From Candidatus Omnitrophota bacterium (GTDB lineage: Bacteria > Omnitrophota > Gorgyraeia > Duberdicusellales > 4484-171), in assembly GCA_041652815.1 (NCBI GenBank), contig JBAZGN010000003.1, forward strand, positions 1,530-65,529: a DNA stretch of 64,000 nucleotides, given 5' to 3'. Every line of letters starts with the position of its first letter. Within the stretch, counting starts at the first letter, position 1. A program made the position numbers and the translations under genes. Positions 50,295-59,445 of this stretch are shown here, piece by piece. The notes beneath the pieces were generated by a model. It did no database searches. It saw only the letters and a program-made list of their open reading frames with translations, and was not told the origin of the DNA.

Positions 50295-52078
50295 AAAAAC
50301 TACGGATTGCAAAAGTAATACTGCCTATTGCCCTGGAGAGAGAATTCGATTATTCAATTCCTGATTCGTTTAATGTAAAATTGGGTTCACGACTGCTTGT
50401 TGATTTTAGAGGCATTAAAACAGTTGGAATACTTAGCGAAATAGTGCATAATTCTGCGATAGAAAAGATAAAACCGGTTATAGAAGTTTTGGATACTAAT
50501 CCTGCATTATCACAAGATGCCATAAAATTTGCCAAACAACTAAGTGAATATTACCCTTATCCGCTAGGTGAATTTTTATTTATGATGTTGCCTGGTTATC
50601 TAAAAAAACCTCGGCCAACCGATTTACCATCGTTTGAAAAAGAAACAAACGTAAATATTCCTCAAAACCTATTCGTGAAAGCCGAAACATTCGAAAAACG
50701 TTATGGAATATGGAAAAAGTTTGTCATAAATAAACTAAAATTGGGTTCGGTTTTAATAATACTTCCTCAAATTTCTTATCTAAATGAAGCTAAAAAAATA
50801 ATCGAAAAAGATTTCCCCGATTTGAAAGTAATGCATGGCTATCAAACTGAGAAAGAACTATTTCAGGGCTGGCTTTCCACAAGGAAGAATTCACTTATTT
50901 TAGGCAGCCGAATGGCTCTTTTTTACTATCCTTACGACCTTGAATTAGTTATTATCGAGGAAGAAAACAGCTCGTATTATTTTCAGGAAGAAAAGCCTTT
51001 TTACCATCTTTTCGATGTTGTATCCATGCTTTCGAAAGCAAAAAAAATAGATATTATATTTGGTGCAGGCTATCCAAGCATCAGCGCATATAATCTAATA
51101 AGTCAAAAACGGCTTAAGCTGGATGAAAACGACGAACATCAGAAAGAAATCAAGATAGTAAACATCGGGGAATATAAGCGGCAATTGATAAGCCCACTAC
51201 TTGTAGAATTGTTGAATAAGAGTTTATCCTCGGGGCAACGCAATGTGATAATGTGGAATAAAACAGGATTTGGTTCGTATCTTGCGTGTTCTTCGTGCGG
51301 CTATATATTCAAATGCGAAAGATGTTCTACTTTTCTTAAGCAATCGCTTACAAGAAATAAAGGCATATGCCCATCATGCGGGTTACAGCGCGATTTATCA
51401 AAAATATGTAAGTTATGTAACAGCGGTTATATACGCAGCGCAGGCTGCGGCATAGAGCGGATAGAATCGAGTTTAAAAAAAATATTTCCTGACATAAAAA
51501 TAGATGAGTGGGAAAAGAAAGCCCCGGATACACAAATCATCCTTGCTACATCAAAAATTTTAAGTACTATATATGGCAGCGAGAAGTTTGATAACGGATT
51601 CTTTCTGGATGCCGATTACCAGATGTCACGGCTTGATTACGACGCTACTTTCGATACTTATACATACTTAAAAAAACTTAACTGTTTATTCAGGGAAAAT
51701 ATATATGTGTTTACGCGCAACAAAAATCATTATTTGTTTAAAACCATAAATGAACCATGGAAACACTTCTACGACAAGGAACTTTTGTCACGAAAAGAGC
51801 TAAAACTTCCTCCCTACGGGGCTCTTGTGCAGATTACTTTAAGAGCACGTTCTGCCGAACGAGTATTCGAGCGTTCAAATCGTCTCTTTAGGGAATTAAC
51901 TGACAAGGGTTTTGATGTGTATGGCCCGCTCAAAGAACAACCTTTTAAACTCAGAGGTAAATTCCGCTATTATATTATAATGAAATCAAAAGACGGATAT
52001 CGGTTACGTAAGGAAATAAAACAGATAGCTAAAGGTGTGCGTAGCCAGGGAATACAAATGGCAATTGCGATACATTGA
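50291..52078 (+). CDS. priA: Primosomal protein N' (PriA) with degenerate helicase ATPase motifs
   Basis: 3'BD/WH N-domain, a cysteine-rich region (CSSCG...CERC...CPSCG) and a PriA-like helicase scaffold. Walker A is absent, the Walker B DEEH position reads EEEN, and the QxxGRAGR motif is absent. Confidence 0.75.
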   Translation: MKKLRIAKVILPIALEREFDYSIPDSFNVKLGSRLLVDFRGIKTVGILSEIVHNSAIEKIKPVIEVLDTNPALSQDAIKFAKQLSEYYPYPLGEFLFMMLPGYLKKPRPTDLPSFEKETNVNIPQNLFVKAETFEKRYGIWKKFVINKLKLGSVLIILPQISYLNEAKKIIEKDFPDLKVMHGYQTEKELFQGWLSTRKNSLILGSRMALFYYPYDLELVIIEEENSSYYFQEEKPFYHLFDVVSMLSKAKKIDIIFGAGYPSISAYNLISQKRLKLDENDEHQKEIKIVNIGEYKRQLISPLLVELLNKSLSSGQRNVIMWNKTGFGSYLACSSCGYIFKCERCSTFLKQSLTRNKGICPSCGLQRDLSKICKLCNSGYIRSAGCGIERIESSLKKIFPDIKIDEWEKKAPDTQIILATSKILSTIYGSEKFDNGFFLDADYQMSRLDYDATFDTYTYLKKLNCLFRENIYVFTRNKNHYLFKTINEPWKHFYDKELLSRKELKLPPYGALVQITLRARSAERVFERSNRLFRELTDKGFDVYGPLKEQPFKLRGKFRYYIIMKSKDGYRLRKEIKQIAKGVRSQGIQMAIAIH

Positions 52079-52184
52079 ATACAGAGAACAGATAACAGAA
52101 GAATCTGCCTTCTGTTTTCTGTGCTCTGTTATCTGTTCTCTGTATTCTGTCATCTGAACCCTAACCGAGCGAAGCGAGGTTAAT
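52079..52184. repeat. ACAGA-rich long inverted repeat + CTAACCGAGCGAAGCGAGGTTAA pre-start motif
   Basis: TACAGAGAACAGATAACAGAAG ... CTTCTGT..CTGTTATCTGTTCTCTGTA arms of about 22 bp. Confidence 0.6.
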
Positions 52185-53114
52185 ATGAATATAATCTATT
52201 TTGGAAGCTCTAAATTTTCGCTAATAATTCTTGAGAATCTTTGCCTTTCGGGATTTATCCCAAAACTTGTTGTTAGCCAGCCCGATAGGCCAAAGGGGAG
52301 GGGGCTTAAACCGCAACCAACTGAAATAAGCCTATTCGCCAAAAAAACAAATATTCCCATAATTACGCCGCAATCGCTTAAAACCAGTGAGATAAAGGAA
52401 GCGCTATCTGGCAAATCCCCCGACTTATTCATAATCGTTGATTATGGAAAAATTCTTCCGTCATCTTTGCTATCTATTCCAAGGATAGCTGCTCTTGGAG
52501 TGCACCCCTCGCTGCTGCCGCTTTATCGTGGCCCTGCACCTATAAATTGGGCCCTGCTTAAAGGGGACAAAGAAACCGGAGTCACCATATTTAAAGTGGC
52601 TGAAGGCTTGGATACCGGGGATATAATTTTGCAAAAAAAAATTGCAATATCTGACAATGACAACGCATATACTCTTCATGAAAAGCTGTCACCTGAGGGC
52701 GCAAAACTATTAATAGAGTCATTAAACATGCTTAAAAAGGGCAATTGGACACCTACTGCCCAAAATGAAGCTTTTTCATCATTTGCTCCTAAGCTTCAAA
52801 AAGAAGACGGCAGGATAAAGTGGCAAGATAATGCCGCAGATATCCGTAACAAAATTAGGGCAATGTCCGGTTGGCCTAGTGCCTATACTTTTTATAAAGG
52901 AAAAATAATTAAAATAATAGAGGCTGACATAATTCTTGTTACCACAGAAGCAGGACCTTCAACAATAGAAACAGTCAAAAAAGATGGCATATATGTTTCA
53001 ACCGGAAATGGAATATTAAAAATAAAACGCCTTAAGCCCGAAGGAAAAGGTGAAATGGATGCATATTCTTTTGTGCTGGGGCACGGTGTAAAAGCCGGGG
53101 ATAAATTTGAATAA
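52185..53114 (+). CDS. fmt: Methionyl-tRNA formyltransferase
   Basis: Formyltransferase N-domain (SLLPLYRGPAPINWA) plus a C-terminal domain. Confidence 0.9.
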   Translation: MNIIYFGSSKFSLIILENLCLSGFIPKLVVSQPDRPKGRGLKPQPTEISLFAKKTNIPIITPQSLKTSEIKEALSGKSPDLFIIVDYGKILPSSLLSIPRIAALGVHPSLLPLYRGPAPINWALLKGDKETGVTIFKVAEGLDTGDIILQKKIAISDNDNAYTLHEKLSPEGAKLLIESLNMLKKGNWTPTAQNEAFSSFAPKLQKEDGRIKWQDNAADIRNKIRAMSGWPSAYTFYKGKIIKIIEADIILVTTEAGPSTIETVKKDGIYVSTGNGILKIKRLKPEGKGEMDAYSFVLGHGVKAGDKFE

Positions 53115-53401
53115 TGAAAAAAAATGCAACCAAACATTACCGCGTATTCTTTTCGGGAATGGTACAAGGGGTAGGATTTCGTTACACCACGCAAGCAATC
53201 GCCGATAAGTATGCAATTTATGGATGGGTAGCTAATCGCGGTAACGGCACAGTTGAGCTTGATATAGAAGGCGCGTCTTACAATTTGGATAATTTCTTAA
53301 AAGATCTTAAGGAAGAATTCAAAACATACATCAAAGATGTTCAAATAGAAGAGCTGCCGATTGGTGAAAAGTATAATGATTTTCAGATACGATTCTATTG
53401 A
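53114..53401 (+). CDS. acyP: Acylphosphatase
   Basis: VQGVGFRYTT and GWVANRGNGTVE motifs. The TAATG overlaps the fmt stop. Confidence 0.8.
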   Translation: MKKNATKHYRVFFSGMVQGVGFRYTTQAIADKYAIYGWVANRGNGTVELDIEGASYNLDNFLKDLKEEFKTYIKDVQIEELPIGEKYNDFQIRFY

Positions 53402-53509
53402 TGTAGTTCTAGTTAAATGATGCTCGATACTCGTTAAAAGTAGCTATAAAATATTGACGGGCATCTAGCATCCAGTATCTAGTATCCAATTTACTTTTTA
53501 AACCCAAAC

Positions 53510-54232
53510 ATGCGTTACGGTATTTTTTCTGATGTGCACAGTAACATCGAAGCGTTTACCGCAGCCATAGAGTATTATAAAAAGGAGAAAATAGATACCT
53601 TTATCTTTCTAGGTGATATAGTTGGTTACGGTGCAAACCCAAAAGAAGCAATTTCCTTATTGCATGACTTAAACCCAATCTGTATAGCTGGTAACCACGA
53701 TTGGGCGGTAATTGATAAATTAACTACTGATTGCTTTAATGAATATGCAAAAGAAGCAATTATCTGGACAAAAACTCAAGTTTCGTTGGAAAACGACTAT
53801 TTGCGGGAATTCCCGCTTACTTATCAAAACGAAAATTTCTTTTGTGTCCATGGTAGCCTGAATAACCCGGAAGATTTCAATTATATCTGGGGGATCAATG
53901 ATGCGAGAGAAAATTTAGAGTTACTTAAAACTAAAATTTTATTCGTAGGCCACTCCCATCGCGCCCAGATATATTACAAGAATGTAAAAGGCATTTTTTT
54001 TCACTCTGAAGCAAGTATTTCTATAAAAACAGATGAAAAATACATTGTAAATGTAGGCTCAATCGGCCAACCTAGGGATAGGGATAGCCGGCTTTCTCTC
54101 TGTATTTATGATAGTGAAGAAGGCATAGTCAGCATCAAACGTATGCAGTATAATATTAAGCTTGCAGCAGAAAAAATTATAAACGCCGGACTGCCTCAAA
54201 TACTTGCTTCAAGGCTTTTTGTGGGGTGGTAG
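53510..54232 (+). CDS. Metallophosphoesterase (YfcE/MJ0936-like)
   Basis: FSDVHSN, GDIVGYG and GNHD motifs. Confidence 0.7.
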   Translation: MRYGIFSDVHSNIEAFTAAIEYYKKEKIDTFIFLGDIVGYGANPKEAISLLHDLNPICIAGNHDWAVIDKLTTDCFNEYAKEAIIWTKTQVSLENDYLREFPLTYQNENFFCVHGSLNNPEDFNYIWGINDARENLELLKTKILFVGHSHRAQIYYKNVKGIFFHSEASISIKTDEKYIVNVGSIGQPRDRDSRLSLCIYDSEEGIVSIKRMQYNIKLAAEKIINAGLPQILASRLFVGW

Positions 54233-54351
54233 ACGCAGAGGACAGATGACAGAAAATAGAGGACAGAAAGACGGGGAATGAAAAACGAAGGGTGAAGGGC
54301 GAAAATAGAGGGACGATAAAGAGGGAAAAGTATCGCGTAAACGAACTTATT

Positions 54352-56412
54352 ATGGGTGAGTTGGATAAAATAAAAAAAGAAATCGAAAAGTTGCGTGAGC
54401 AAATCCGCGACGCCGACTATAAATATTACGTTTTAAGCGAGCCGGAAATTTCCGATAAAGAATATGACGACATCTTGAAACAACTCAAAGGCCTTGAAGA
54501 AAAATACCCGCAGCTTATTACTCCGGATTCTCCTACTCAGCGCGTTTCCGGCGGCCTCCTCGAAGGCTTTCCTACTGTAGAACATAAAATAAAAATGATT
54601 TCTCTGGATAACACTTATTCAATAGAAGAACTTAAAGACTGGGAAAATAAAATCAAACGGATACTGAAACGCGATGTCTATATTGATTATGTGGTTGAAC
54701 TTAAGATAGACGGCGTAAGCTGCGCATTAACTTACGAAAAGGGAATGCTTCTAACCGGGGCAACAAGAGGCGACGGAACTATCGGCGAAGACATCACGAC
54801 AAACGTAAAAACAATAAAATCAGTGCCTCTTAGATTAAGGGGGGACGCTCCAGAGGTGCTCGAAGTCCGGGGCGAAATTTACATGGATAAAAAAGACCTG
54901 GAAAACATAAATAAAATGCGCCTTAAACTGGATGAGCAGCCTTTTGCCAATCCACGCAATGCTGCAAGTGGTTCGTTAAAATTATTAGACCCTTCAATAG
55001 TTAAAGAACGCAACTTGAAATGCTTTATACATTCATCTGGCCTGGCAAAAGGAGTTGAATTTAAAAATCATTATGAATTTTTTGAAAAAATTAAGGCTCT
55101 GGGCTTACGAATAAATCCTTACAATAAATTATGCAAAGATTTGGATGAAGTAATTGAATACTGTCTTTCCTGGCAGTCCAAGCGCGATAGTTTGGAATAT
55201 GAAATTGACGGAATCGTAGTAAAGGTGAATGATTATAGGTTACGTAAAGAACTGGCTGAAACCTTAAAATCTCCTCGTTGGGCAGTTGCCTATAAATTTC
55301 CGGCACATCAGGCAACAACTACTGTGCAAAAAATTGAGTTTGGTGTAGGTAGAACCGGTATAATTACCCCCGTAGCCATACTTAAACCGGTTGAATGTGC
55401 TGGAGTAACCATTTCAAGGTCAACCTTGCATAATTTTGATGAAATTGAGCGTCTTGACGTAAGAGAAGGTGATACTGTTTTAATCGAGCGGGCCGGAGAA
55501 GTTATTCCTAAAATAGTCAAAGTTATAACTACAAAACGCAAAGACGCCTCAAAAAAAATAAAAGTACCAATGGTGTGTCCGGTATGCAGGCAAAAGTTAG
55601 CCAAGGAAAAGGAAGAAGAAGTTTACCCCGTTAGAAGCAAAACTTTCAAAAAGAAAGCTTCTAACGGGGTTTACTGGTATTGCATAAACCCTGATTGCCC
55701 GGCAAAAATAAAACAATCCCTATTGCATTTTGCTTCCCGTGGCGCCATGGATATTGAAGGCATGGGCGAAAGTGTAGTTGAAGAACTGGTTAATCGAAAC
55801 CTGGTTAAAAGCCTTGCAGATATTTACAAAATAACAAAAGAAGATTTGCTTAAACTGCCTCTTTTTGCTCAAAAGAAGGCCGATAACCTTATCCTGGCTA
55901 TTGCAGTCAGTAAAAAACGGCAGGTGTCGCGGCTGCTTTATGCTTTAGGCATGCACCACATTGGAGAAAAAGCAGCAAGCCTTTTGGCTGATAAATTTAA
56001 AAAAATAGATATGTTTTTCAAATTGAAGAAAGAAGACCTCGAAAGAATCAGCGAAATCGGGCCGGTAATGGCTTCGTCGGTTATCAAATTTTTTGCATCC
56101 GCTAAAGCAAAAAAGCTTATAGAGGAATTTAAAAAAAGTGGGCTTAATTTAAGCCAGGAAGAAAAAACGATTAAGCAAAGCTCTATAAGCGGAAAAGTAT
56201 TTATTTTTACAGGAGAACTTAAAAGTTTCTCGCGTAGCCAAGCTAAAGAGTCTGCCGAAGCGCTTGGCGCTAAATGCGCCTTCTCAATAAGCAAGAATAT
56301 AGACTATGTAGTTGTAGGAGAAAACCCCGGCTCTAAATATGAAAAAGCCAAGAAACTACATCTCAATATAATCACTGAACAGGATTTTAAAAAACTAATC
56401 AATCTAGGCTGA
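54352..56412 (+). CDS. ligA: NAD-dependent DNA ligase LigA
   Basis: KxDG adenylation motif (ELKIDGVS), OB fold, Zn finger, HhH and BRCT. The start was trimmed to MGELDKIKKEI, because the ORF from 54292 translates repeat sequence. The Zn-finger loop carries an extra ~17-aa insertion. Confidence 0.85.
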   Translation: MGELDKIKKEIEKLREQIRDADYKYYVLSEPEISDKEYDDILKQLKGLEEKYPQLITPDSPTQRVSGGLLEGFPTVEHKIKMISLDNTYSIEELKDWENKIKRILKRDVYIDYVVELKIDGVSCALTYEKGMLLTGATRGDGTIGEDITTNVKTIKSVPLRLRGDAPEVLEVRGEIYMDKKDLENINKMRLKLDEQPFANPRNAASGSLKLLDPSIVKERNLKCFIHSSGLAKGVEFKNHYEFFEKIKALGLRINPYNKLCKDLDEVIEYCLSWQSKRDSLEYEIDGIVVKVNDYRLRKELAETLKSPRWAVAYKFPAHQATTTVQKIEFGVGRTGIITPVAILKPVECAGVTISRSTLHNFDEIERLDVREGDTVLIERAGEVIPKIVKVITTKRKDASKKIKVPMVCPVCRQKLAKEKEEEVYPVRSKTFKKKASNGVYWYCINPDCPAKIKQSLLHFASRGAMDIEGMGESVVEELVNRNLVKSLADIYKITKEDLLKLPLFAQKKADNLILAIAVSKKRQVSRLLYALGMHHIGEKAASLLADKFKKIDMFFKLKKEDLERISEIGPVMASSVIKFFASAKAKKLIEEFKKSGLNLSQEEKTIKQSSISGKVFIFTGELKSFSRSQAKESAEALGAKCAFSISKNIDYVVVGENPGSKYEKAKKLHLNIITEQDFKKLINLG
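55621..55674. repeat. CCCCGTTAGA-core palindromic element (copy 3) inserted in-frame within ligA
   Basis: TACCCCGTTAGAAGC-N18-GCTTCTAACGGGGTTTAC. It encodes VYPVRSKTFKKKASNGVYWY between the Cys pairs of the LigA zinc finger. Confidence 0.55.
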
Positions 56413-56464
56413 AAACCCTTGTTATTTACTAGATTTTTTAGCGTAAATACCCTCAAAAAATGCT

Positions 56465-56493
56465 TGATATGGCTTATATAAATTGTTATAATC
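56465..56493 (+). promoter_or_regulatory. Sigma70-like promoter (TTGATA-17-TATAAT) for the tRNA-Met/tRNA-Val locus
   Basis: Consensus hexamers. The GC palindrome CCTGCCGGCAGG follows at 56506-56517. Confidence 0.4.
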
Positions 56494-56571
56494 AATGTTA
56501 CTTTCCTGCCGGCAGGCAGGAATCCTGAGCCTAAGCGAAGGATCTTTGTAAGCCTGGATGTGTTTTTTGTT

Positions 56572-56645
56572 GGGCCCGTAGCTCAGCTGGTTAGAGCAGT
56601 TGACTCATAATCAATTGGTCCGGGGTTCGAATCCCTGCGGGCCCA
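56572..56645 (+). tRNA. tRNA-Met (anticodon CAT; elongator or tRNA-Ile2 type)
   Basis: Cloverleaf GGGCCCG..CTCATAA..GGGGTTCGAATCCCTG..CGGGCCC-A. The anticodon stem is not initiator-type. Confidence 0.85.
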
Positions 56646-56763
56646 TGTCTGTACTATTGACAAGAGTGATTGCGGGTAACAATGATAGTTACGGGTCAAA
56701 AGGTAATATTCGGATGCAATGAGTGCCTTCGGCACGTTTCGCCTCAGGCAGAAGATTGCATAT

Positions 56764-56780
56764 GAATCCCTGCGGGCCAT
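56764..56780 (+). repeat. Direct repeat of the tRNA-Met 3' end (GAATCCCTGCGGGCC)
   Basis: 15/15 identity with 56630-56644; the two copies are separated by a 118-nt insert. Confidence 0.6.
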
Positions 56781-56848
56781 TGAATAGCGCATAGTGGATA
56801 GCGTGGAGCAAACTATCCTACCACGAGCTATCTGTCGTATGCTATTTA

Positions 56849-56920
56849 GGGCACTTAGTTCAGTAGTAGAACGTTCGCTTCACATGCGAAAGGTCGCAGG
56901 TTCAATTCCTGCAGTGCCCA
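56849..56920 (+). tRNA. tRNA-Val (anticodon CAC)
   Basis: GGGCACT..TTCACAT..GCAGGTTCAATTCCTGC..AGTGCCC-A. Confidence 0.85.
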
Positions 56921-56933
56921 TGTAGAATAAATT

Positions 56934-56960
56934 CTGCAGGAATTGAACCTGCAGTGCCCA
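56934..56960 (+). repeat. Inverted/direct copy of the tRNA-Val T-arm + 3' acceptor (CTGCAGGAATTGAACCTGCAG-TGCCCA)
   Basis: 7-bp perfect hairpin followed by TGCCCATTTG. It may double as a terminator. Confidence 0.5.
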
Positions 56961-57031
56961 TTTGAAAATATGAAAACAGAACTTACTAATACACTTAGTT
57001 TTTTTGCAAAATACAAGGGAGGTTTAGCCTA

Positions 57032-57763
57032 GTGGCCCTAAAAGACGAAATCTATAAACTCATTCAACTGCAAAATGTCGATTCAGAAATTTACAATCTT
57101 AGGTCAAGGAAAGACAGCGAAATACCTAAAGAGCTGGGGAATCTAAAAAACGATTTTGAACGCAGAAAAAAGGATTTTGAAACATTTTCAGAGAAATTAA
57201 AACAATTACAGGTGAAGAAAAAAGAAAAGGAGCTTGACCTGGCAACAAAAGAAGAAAGCGTAAAGAAAGCACAAGGACAGCTCTTTCAGCTTAAAAGCAA
57301 TAAAGAATACCAGGCGAAACTCACCGAAATAGCCTCCCTTAAGGCGGATGTTTCATTATTGGAAGAAGATGTTATAAAAGCACTTGATGAGATAGATTGC
57401 GCCGACAAAAAATCCAAAGAAGAAAAACAGGCACTTTCGGCTGAAGAAAAAAAATACAAAGAAACAGAGGCGCAATTAAATAACCAGCTTGCTGAAATCG
57501 ACACCAAGATAAAAATTCTCGAAGAAAAAAAGAGCAATTTGGTAAAAGATGTCGATAAGCATATTTTAGCTAAATACGAAAGATTAATAAGGATTCGCTA
57601 CGGGCGTGCTATGGCAGCAGTAAATATCGAAACTGAAAATTGTGGTGCATGCAACATGCGGATGACTGCCCAAAAAATAAATGAAATAAAAATGTACGAC
57701 CAACTTGTTCTTTGCGAAAACTGCGTAAGGATTCTTTATCTTCCGGAGGACTTCAGCCTATGA
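57032..57763 (+). CDS. Coiled-coil protein with C-terminal C4 zinc ribbon (COG1579/DUF164-like)
   Basis: Long K/E coiled coil, then CGACNMRM..CENC. GTG start 9 nt after a GGGAGG RBS. Confidence 0.65.
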   Translation: MALKDEIYKLIQLQNVDSEIYNLRSRKDSEIPKELGNLKNDFERRKKDFETFSEKLKQLQVKKKEKELDLATKEESVKKAQGQLFQLKSNKEYQAKLTEIASLKADVSLLEEDVIKALDEIDCADKKSKEEKQALSAEEKKYKETEAQLNNQLAEIDTKIKILEEKKSNLVKDVDKHILAKYERLIRIRYGRAMAAVNIETENCGACNMRMTAQKINEIKMYDQLVLCENCVRILYLPEDFSL

Positions 57764-58155
57764 TTAAGGTTTACATAGATGGAGCTTCCGCCGGTAATCC
57801 CGGGAATGTCGGAATAGGCTATTTAATCTACAAAGATAATGACCTTGTTAAAAAAAACGGTATTTATCTAGGCGTACAAACCAACAATTTCGCAGAATAT
57901 ATGGCTTTTATTTTTTCTCTTATCGAAGTTCTTGGTATGGGCGAAAAAAAAGTAGAAGTTTTTTCAGATAGCAAACTTCTCTGCGAACAATTAAATGGTA
58001 ACTTCAAGGTAAAAAATAAAAACATTTATCCGCTTTTCGTACTTTCGAAAAATATTATTTCCAAATTGGAAAAATTCAGCATAACCCATATAGAAAGAGA
58101 AAAAAACGTAGAAGCCGATAAGCTGGCAACAGAAGCAGTTGGCTTTTTAATCTAA
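57760..58155 (+). CDS. RNase H-like protein (RNase HI fold)
   Basis: VYIDGAS..NNFAEY..FSDSKL..VEADKLA places the DEDD residues. The start is MIKVY, with ATGA overlap of the upstream stop. Confidence 0.65.
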   Translation: MIKVYIDGASAGNPGNVGIGYLIYKDNDLVKKNGIYLGVQTNNFAEYMAFIFSLIEVLGMGEKKVEVFSDSKLLCEQLNGNFKVKNKNIYPLFVLSKNIISKLEKFSITHIEREKNVEADKLATEAVGFLI

Positions 58156-58179
58156 TTAGTAAATTCATAGGAGGTAATT

Positions 58180-58944
58180 ATGAGCGGTCATTCAAAGTGG
58201 GCAAGTATTAAGCATAAAAAGGGAGCTGCTGATGCAAAGCGCGGCCAACTTTTTACGAAGCTAATAAGAGAAATTACGGTTGCAGCGCGTGAAGGCGGAG
58301 GAAAACCAGACACAAACGCCAGGCTTCGCACGGCAATAGACAGGGCTCGAACCGCAAATATGCCTTCAGATAATATTGAAAAGGCCATAAAGAAAGGAAC
58401 CGGGGAACTTGAGGGCGTAACATACGAAAGCTGCATATTCGAAGCCTACGGCCCGGGAGGTGTTGCATTGATAGTTGAAACCCTTACCGACAATAAAAAC
58501 AGGACTTCCGCAGAGGTACGTAATATTTTTTCTAAAAAAAGCGGCAACATGGCTGGCAGCGGAAGCGTTTCCTGGATGTTTAAGAAAAAAGGCTACATTC
58601 TTATAGATAAAAGCCAGATTAAAAATGAAGACGAGCTTTATACTATCAGCCTTGATGCAGGAGCAGACGATGTTCAGGTCGGAGAAAAGAATTATGAAAT
58701 TTTTTCAGACCCCAAAGATTTCGAACAATTAAAGGAGGCTCTGCGCGCCAAGAATATAAAAATGGAAGAAGCAGAAATAACCATGATACCGAGCTCCAAA
58801 GTAAAAGTATCAGTCGCCTCCGATGCCAAACAATTGCTTTCGCTTATCGAAGCATTGGAAGAGCAGGAAGATGTTCAAAAGGTGCATGCTAATTTTGATA
58901 TCTCTGACGAGCTGCTTGAGCAGATTGCAGCTGAAATGCCTTAA
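58180..58944 (+). CDS. yebC: YebC/PmpR family transcriptional regulator
   Basis: MSGHSKWASIKHKKG N-terminus, conserved throughout. Confidence 0.9.
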   Translation: MSGHSKWASIKHKKGAADAKRGQLFTKLIREITVAAREGGGKPDTNARLRTAIDRARTANMPSDNIEKAIKKGTGELEGVTYESCIFEAYGPGGVALIVETLTDNKNRTSAEVRNIFSKKSGNMAGSGSVSWMFKKKGYILIDKSQIKNEDELYTISLDAGADDVQVGEKNYEIFSDPKDFEQLKEALRAKNIKMEEAEITMIPSSKVKVSVASDAKQLLSLIEALEEQEDVQKVHANFDISDELLEQIAAEMP

Positions 58945-58950
58945 ATAAAA

Positions 58951-59445
58951 ATGGTAGTTTGCGCTGTTGATGTTGGCCTTCAAGTGAGCGGGTATGTTAT
59001 CTGCGAAACGAAAAATACTCAGGTTAAATTAATAAAAGAAGGCGAGATAAAAACATCAAAAAAACAGAACTTTTCGCAAAAACTTAAGCTTATTTATGAA
59101 GCGCTTGAAAAAGAAATTAAGAAATATAAGCCTGAAGTCCTGGCTCTTGAAAAACTTTATTCGCACTATAAGCACCCTTTAACTTTAGGGATACTTGCGC
59201 AGGTAAGAGGTGTAGTTGTCGTACTCGCCGAGCGCATGGGGCTTACGCTTTTTGAATACTCGCCTACACGGGCAAGAAAAGCATTCTTAGGCAAAGGTAG
59301 CGCTGATTCTTTTCGCGTTAAGCGAATGGCTGAAAATATGACAGGTAAAAGTTTTATTTCAAACCATACGGCCGATGCGTTTTCTCTGGTTGTAGCTTTT
59401 TCACATGAAGAAAAAGTAAGAAATCTGGATATGATTATACAATGA
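58951..59445 (+). CDS. ruvC: Holliday junction resolvase RuvC
   Basis: N-terminal D7 (AVDVG) and the LALEKLY glutamate. It sits in a ruvC-ruvA arrangement. Confidence 0.75.
   Translation: MVVCAVDVGLQVSGYVICETKNTQVKLIKEGEIKTSKKQNFSQKLKLIYEALEKEIKKYKPEVLALEKLYSHYKHPLTLGILAQVRGVVVVLAERMGLTLFEYSPTRARKAFLGKGSADSFRVKRMAENMTGKSFISNHTADAFSLVVAFSHEEKVRNLDMIIQ

Noticed and set aside
54292-54351. N-terminal 20-aa extension of ligA (MKGENRGTIKREKYRVNELI) proposed by the ORF track
   Set aside because: The extension is a translation of the purine-rich tail of the ACAGA repeat element. The conserved LigA N-terminus begins at MGELDKIKKEI.
58951-59445. Possible loss of one of the two C-terminal catalytic Asp residues in RuvC (HTADAFSL vs ADAADAL)
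   Set aside because: My by-eye alignment of this short segment is ambiguous. D7 and the glutamate are present and the gene is in a normal ruvCA context, so I do not claim a degenerate resolvase.
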